From the human T2T-CHM13v2.0 reference genome, Homo sapiens: a stretch of DNA of 64,000 nt. The notes under the pieces are model-generated. The model had not been told where the DNA came from. It was given only the letters and a program-made list of their open reading frames with translations, and made no database searches. Position numbers and translations under genes: made by a program. Shown one piece after another: positions 58,094 to 64,000 of the stretch; position 1 is the first letter of the stretch; each line of letters starts with the position of its first letter. The stretch lies in the NCBI GenBank assembly GCA_009914755.4, contig CP068257.2, positions 37,152,001-37,216,000 on the forward strand. The letters are read 5' to 3'.

Positions 58094-58353
58094 GAGGAGA
58101 GATTCTCGGATGTTTATACTAACTACATTAGAATTTGAGGTTTAAGTACTTTTGGAACTGAGGCCACAACACTCTGTCCCCTCAGTGGACTCTGACGTTG
58201 TTAAGGTGATGGTGGTCTTAGGACACCTGTTTTCAAATTTGTTCTTTTTACATGCTTCAAAATTAGTGAGTACGCCAAAAAGCTTATATTCATTGGTGTG
58301 CTAGAGCCAGCTCACTGCGTTCTCCCAAGAGCTACGTGTCTCTTCCCACCATT
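58094..58353 (+). repeat. Copy 2 of the ~260-bp direct repeat (~95% identical to copy 1, 1.08 kb downstream)
   Basis: gagagattctcggatgtttatactaactacattagaatttgaggtttaagtacttttggaactgaggccacaacactctgtcccctcagtggactctgacgttgttaaggtgatggtggtcttaggacacctgttttcaaatttgttc...gagccagctcactgcgttctcccaagagctacgtgtctcttcccacca. Confidence 0.9.
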
Positions 58354-58654
58354 TTGGGGGGGAAGCGACAGGCTCACTTTATTTAGTTTTTGAGGAAGGA
58401 CCAGCCAAATACCCAAATCAGAATAATTTGCCAGTTATTCTCTCAGATAAAAGTGATATTCATGAATAGAGTGGACAGTTTAGCTTGCAACTCAAATACA
58501 CAATTGCATCTCCTTACAACAATCACCATATTTCAGTATGTGTGCAGACCAGTTCTTTAAGTGTACTTTCCATTTTATTACACAGAAATTAAAAAGATGT
58601 GTTTTCCATTAGTAAAAAATAAGTTTTTACTGCTTCATCAAGAGCATTCTTGAG

Positions 58655-58922
58655 GCCAGGTGTGGTGGCTCACACCTGTAATCCCAACACCTGGGGAGGC
58701 TGGGGTGGGCGGATCACCTGAGGCCAGGAGTTCGAGACCAGCCTAGCCAACGTGACAAAACCACATCTCTACTAAAAATACAAAAATCAGCCAGATGCGG
58801 TGACACATGCCTGTAGTCCCAGCTACTTTGGAGGCTGAGGTTGGAGAATCACTTGGACCTGGGAGGTGGAGGTTGCAGCCAGCCCGGGTGACAGAGCGAG
58901 ACTCTGTCTTAAAAAAAAAAAA
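58655..58922 (+). mobile_element. Alu SINE with 9-bp TSD
   Basis: ggccaggtgtggtggctcacacctgtaatcccaacacctggggaggctgg...gagactctgtctt(A)13. The TSD attcttgag is at 58646-58654 and 58923-58931. Confidence 0.95.
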
Positions 58923-59527
58923 ATTCTTGAGTGAAACTCTTATTTTTTCTTTTCTTTTTTTCTGCAAGTGCATGGTGGTGGTGGAGAGTGCAGTGACACA
59001 GTGACTGCCAACTGTTCCGGTTCACGTGATTCTGGTTCAGCACCATAGTGCAAAACCACCTGTGCTTTTATACCATCATAGCAAAGGTCAAAAAGTCAAG
59101 CGTGGATTTGTATCCTTGTAAAAATAGTCTTAACCTTGAGGATCCTTCTGAAAGGGTCTCGGAGACCTCAGAGTCTGTGGGGCACATTTTGACAATCGTT
59201 CTAGAAAGAAGAGAGGCTCACTCAGAGCAAAAGTGGTGGATCTCTGGAGGACAAAGCGAAGGTAGGGAAAATTAGCCTTTGGCCTCCCAAATCCAGTGTC
59301 CGTGCTTCCAGTCTTCTGACCTTTTCATAGCCAGGTAAGGAGGAAGCATTTCTTGTTTAAATCAAGAAGAATTGTCTAGTCTGCATGATAAAGAAAAGTT
59401 CCTTCACACAGGGTGAAATGGATACTCTCAAAGCCCTTTTCCTGCCATCCTTCTATCTTTGTTCTTTTCCATGCTCCAGTCCAATTCCAAATCTGTTTCA
59501 GGAAACAAAAAATGTATATTTTGCCAC

Positions 59528-59817
59528 TTTTTTTTGAGACAGGGTCTTGCTTTGTTGCCAAGGCTGGAGTTTAGTGGCATGATCACAGCCCACTGTAACC
59601 TCAACCTCCTGGACTCAAGTGATCCACCCATCTCAGCCTCCTGAGTAGCTGGGACTACAGGCATGCACCACCAGACCCATCTGATTTTTAAATTTCTTGT
59701 AGAGATGGGGTCTCCCTATGTTGTCTAGGCTGGTTTTAAACTCCTAAAATCAAGGGATCCTTCTGCTTTGGCCTCTTAAAGTGCTGGGATTATAGGCATG
59801 AGCCACTGCACCTGGTC
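59528..59817 (-). mobile_element. Alu SINE with TSD ttgccac
   Basis: ttttttttgagacagggtcttgctttgttgccaaggctggagtttagtggcatgatcac...ctgggattataggcatgagccactgcacctggtc, flanked by ttgccac on both sides. Confidence 0.95.
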
Positions 59818-60056
59818 TTGCCACAGTTTTTCTGAAACTTAGAAGAAAAGAGGAAAGGGAAGGGAAATAAGTATTTAGAGAAATCATTTTTCGGAACATC
59901 TTCAAAACTGGGATTGTGCAGAGATGAAGTCATGGGGCCTGCCTGCCCGCCTTTTCCATGGCGGGGAAGAAGCAGAATTACATTTCCGTCAGTTCTGCCC
60001 CACATCCTGGCTCTCCCCCATGTCCTGGCTCTCCCCAACATCACTCAACCAGCTTT

Positions 60057-62538
<2,482 letters not shown>

Positions 62539-64000
62539 ACCAGCTTTCTTTCCTGATAGGGCTCCAGAACTCCACATGGTGGACACTTGTCACTGGGAAT
62601 GATTCAGGCTTTAATGGGGCTGCTGGGCGGGAGCACAGGGCTTGAGGGCCAGAGGAAGTGGAGCAGGAACTGTGGCAAGAGGTAGAGGGAGCAAGCTGCC
62701 CCATCACCTCTCCTGAAATATCAAGCAAGTTAACAGGAGGATTTGTTGTGATTTGGAGATGGACCTTGGATTATCACTGTCACTGGGTCTGTCAGGCACT
62801 ATTTGTGACCTTGGGTATGCAATTTAATCACTCTCTGCCTCAGTTTCCCCTCCATAAAGCCAGGTCATTTGTGGCTGTTGGGGGGATTGATCTATTGGGG
62901 GTATAAGATTGTGTAAAGTCAGTAACCTGGGATGGGGGTGCTATTTGAACAGAGCACGCCAAGGAAGGTGTGTTTGAGCCAGGGGATCTGCAAAGAAAAT
63001 ATGGATCCCAGACAATCATGTCTCCATTTTCATCAGAAGAAATCCAGGGGCAGAGTTCAGTGATGAAACAAGTACTTAACTGAACCAAGACTCAAACCCT
63101 GGTCTTCTGTTTTCTGGTGTTGTCCTCTGGCCAAAATAACCCTGTCATGTTTGGTTGAAGTCATTATAAATGCTGCCCCAGATGCTACCTAGGGCTCCTT
63201 CAAGTTTCTAGTTCCTCCTTCCACAAACCAGAGGCCACAGCCCTTGATTTGAATTTTAAATTATCAGGAACCTCCTACCCAAAGAACACACAGCCCTCAT
63301 TTACAGCAGCTGCTGGCAGCTAGCTGAGTTCGAACAGATGCAAGAATCTCATAATCTGGGCCAGATATTAATCTGTCTTTTCTGTAACAGCAAAACAGAA
63401 GGGTGAGTCTTGAAGCAGTGCAGGGGGAAACCCCTTATTGTGCAACTCTTTTGTAACTCCTGGGCGGAGTCTGGACATGTGACTTCTGCTTGAAATTTAA
63501 CATTAGGGGAAAGACCATTTTTGGTCATAGCTGAGGTGATGACATCTTGGCAACTGGAATGGACATGACCTCTGTTCCATGTACTATGAGTAACTGCCCC
63601 CTCCCCATTTCTCAAAGTCATGTTCAGATGGCAAAACTGCCTGGGATTACCACATCTGACTCTTGCTAGCTGTTTCTGTGTCTATGGCTTCATACTGTCC
63701 AGACATAGACCTGGGGCTCAGCACACATGTATGTTTGAGTGGCATAAGGTCAGAAGCACAGATCCAGCAAAGACTGTGGCCCGGAGGAAGGTGGGTTGGT
63801 TGGAGGAAAGAAAGTGGAGGTGGGAGCAAACGAAGATAAGTAAACAAAAAAATGAGCTCTTAAGCAAAAAAGATTGCCTGTCTGCTGTAGCCTGTAAAGC
63901 TCTGATGAGAAACACTTTTATGATTTGCTGGTAAACTCCACCCAATTTGGTTCTGGAAGAGGTTATTTTTCATTGCAGTGTAAGCATGTAATTAGTTAAT

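Overview
This window is human (primate) genomic DNA, not a prokaryotic locus. It has the density of Alu SINEs, L1, MaLR LTRs and DNA-transposon fossils typical of a mammalian chromosome, and a typical CpG-island promoter. It contains the complete ETS2 proto-oncogene on the + strand. ETS2 lies at 21q22 from my recollection of the gene, not from anything read in the sequence. The identification rests on reconstructing nine coding exons with canonical AG/GT boundaries and consistent phases. The exons total a 1410-nt ORF whose translation matches ETS2 as I recall it, from MNDFGIKNMDQVAPVANSYRGTLK to the C-terminus [13 protein letters not shown], with a Pointed/SAM domain in exons 4-5 and an ETS domain in exons 9-10. 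The gene layout is as follows. A GC-rich, TATA-less CpG-island promoter lies at ~36.9-38.6 kb and carries a ~250-bp polypyrimidine tract. A non-coding exon 1 ends at a strong donor at 37914. The coding exons span 41837-54646. A ~2 kb 3'UTR has several poly(A) signals. The first ~36 kb is repeat-rich intergenic DNA. It contains many Alus (several with intact target-site duplications), a Tigger1 DNA-transposon fossil and nested MaLR LTRs, and no convincing protein-coding gene. Downstream of ETS2 there is a ~260-bp direct duplication and a 2.5-kb L1 insertion. The L1 has a textbook twin-priming 5' inversion and a 9-bp TSD. I find no previously undescribed system here. The most interesting items are the promoter H-DNA tract, an Alu-associated GGAA/GGGA microsatellite inside an ETS gene, the twin-primed L1 and the tandem poly(A) signals. 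The ORF-track entries inside the CpG island, Alus, L1 and Tigger are artefacts or transposon remnants. Repeat family names are from memory of consensus sequences and are not database-verified.
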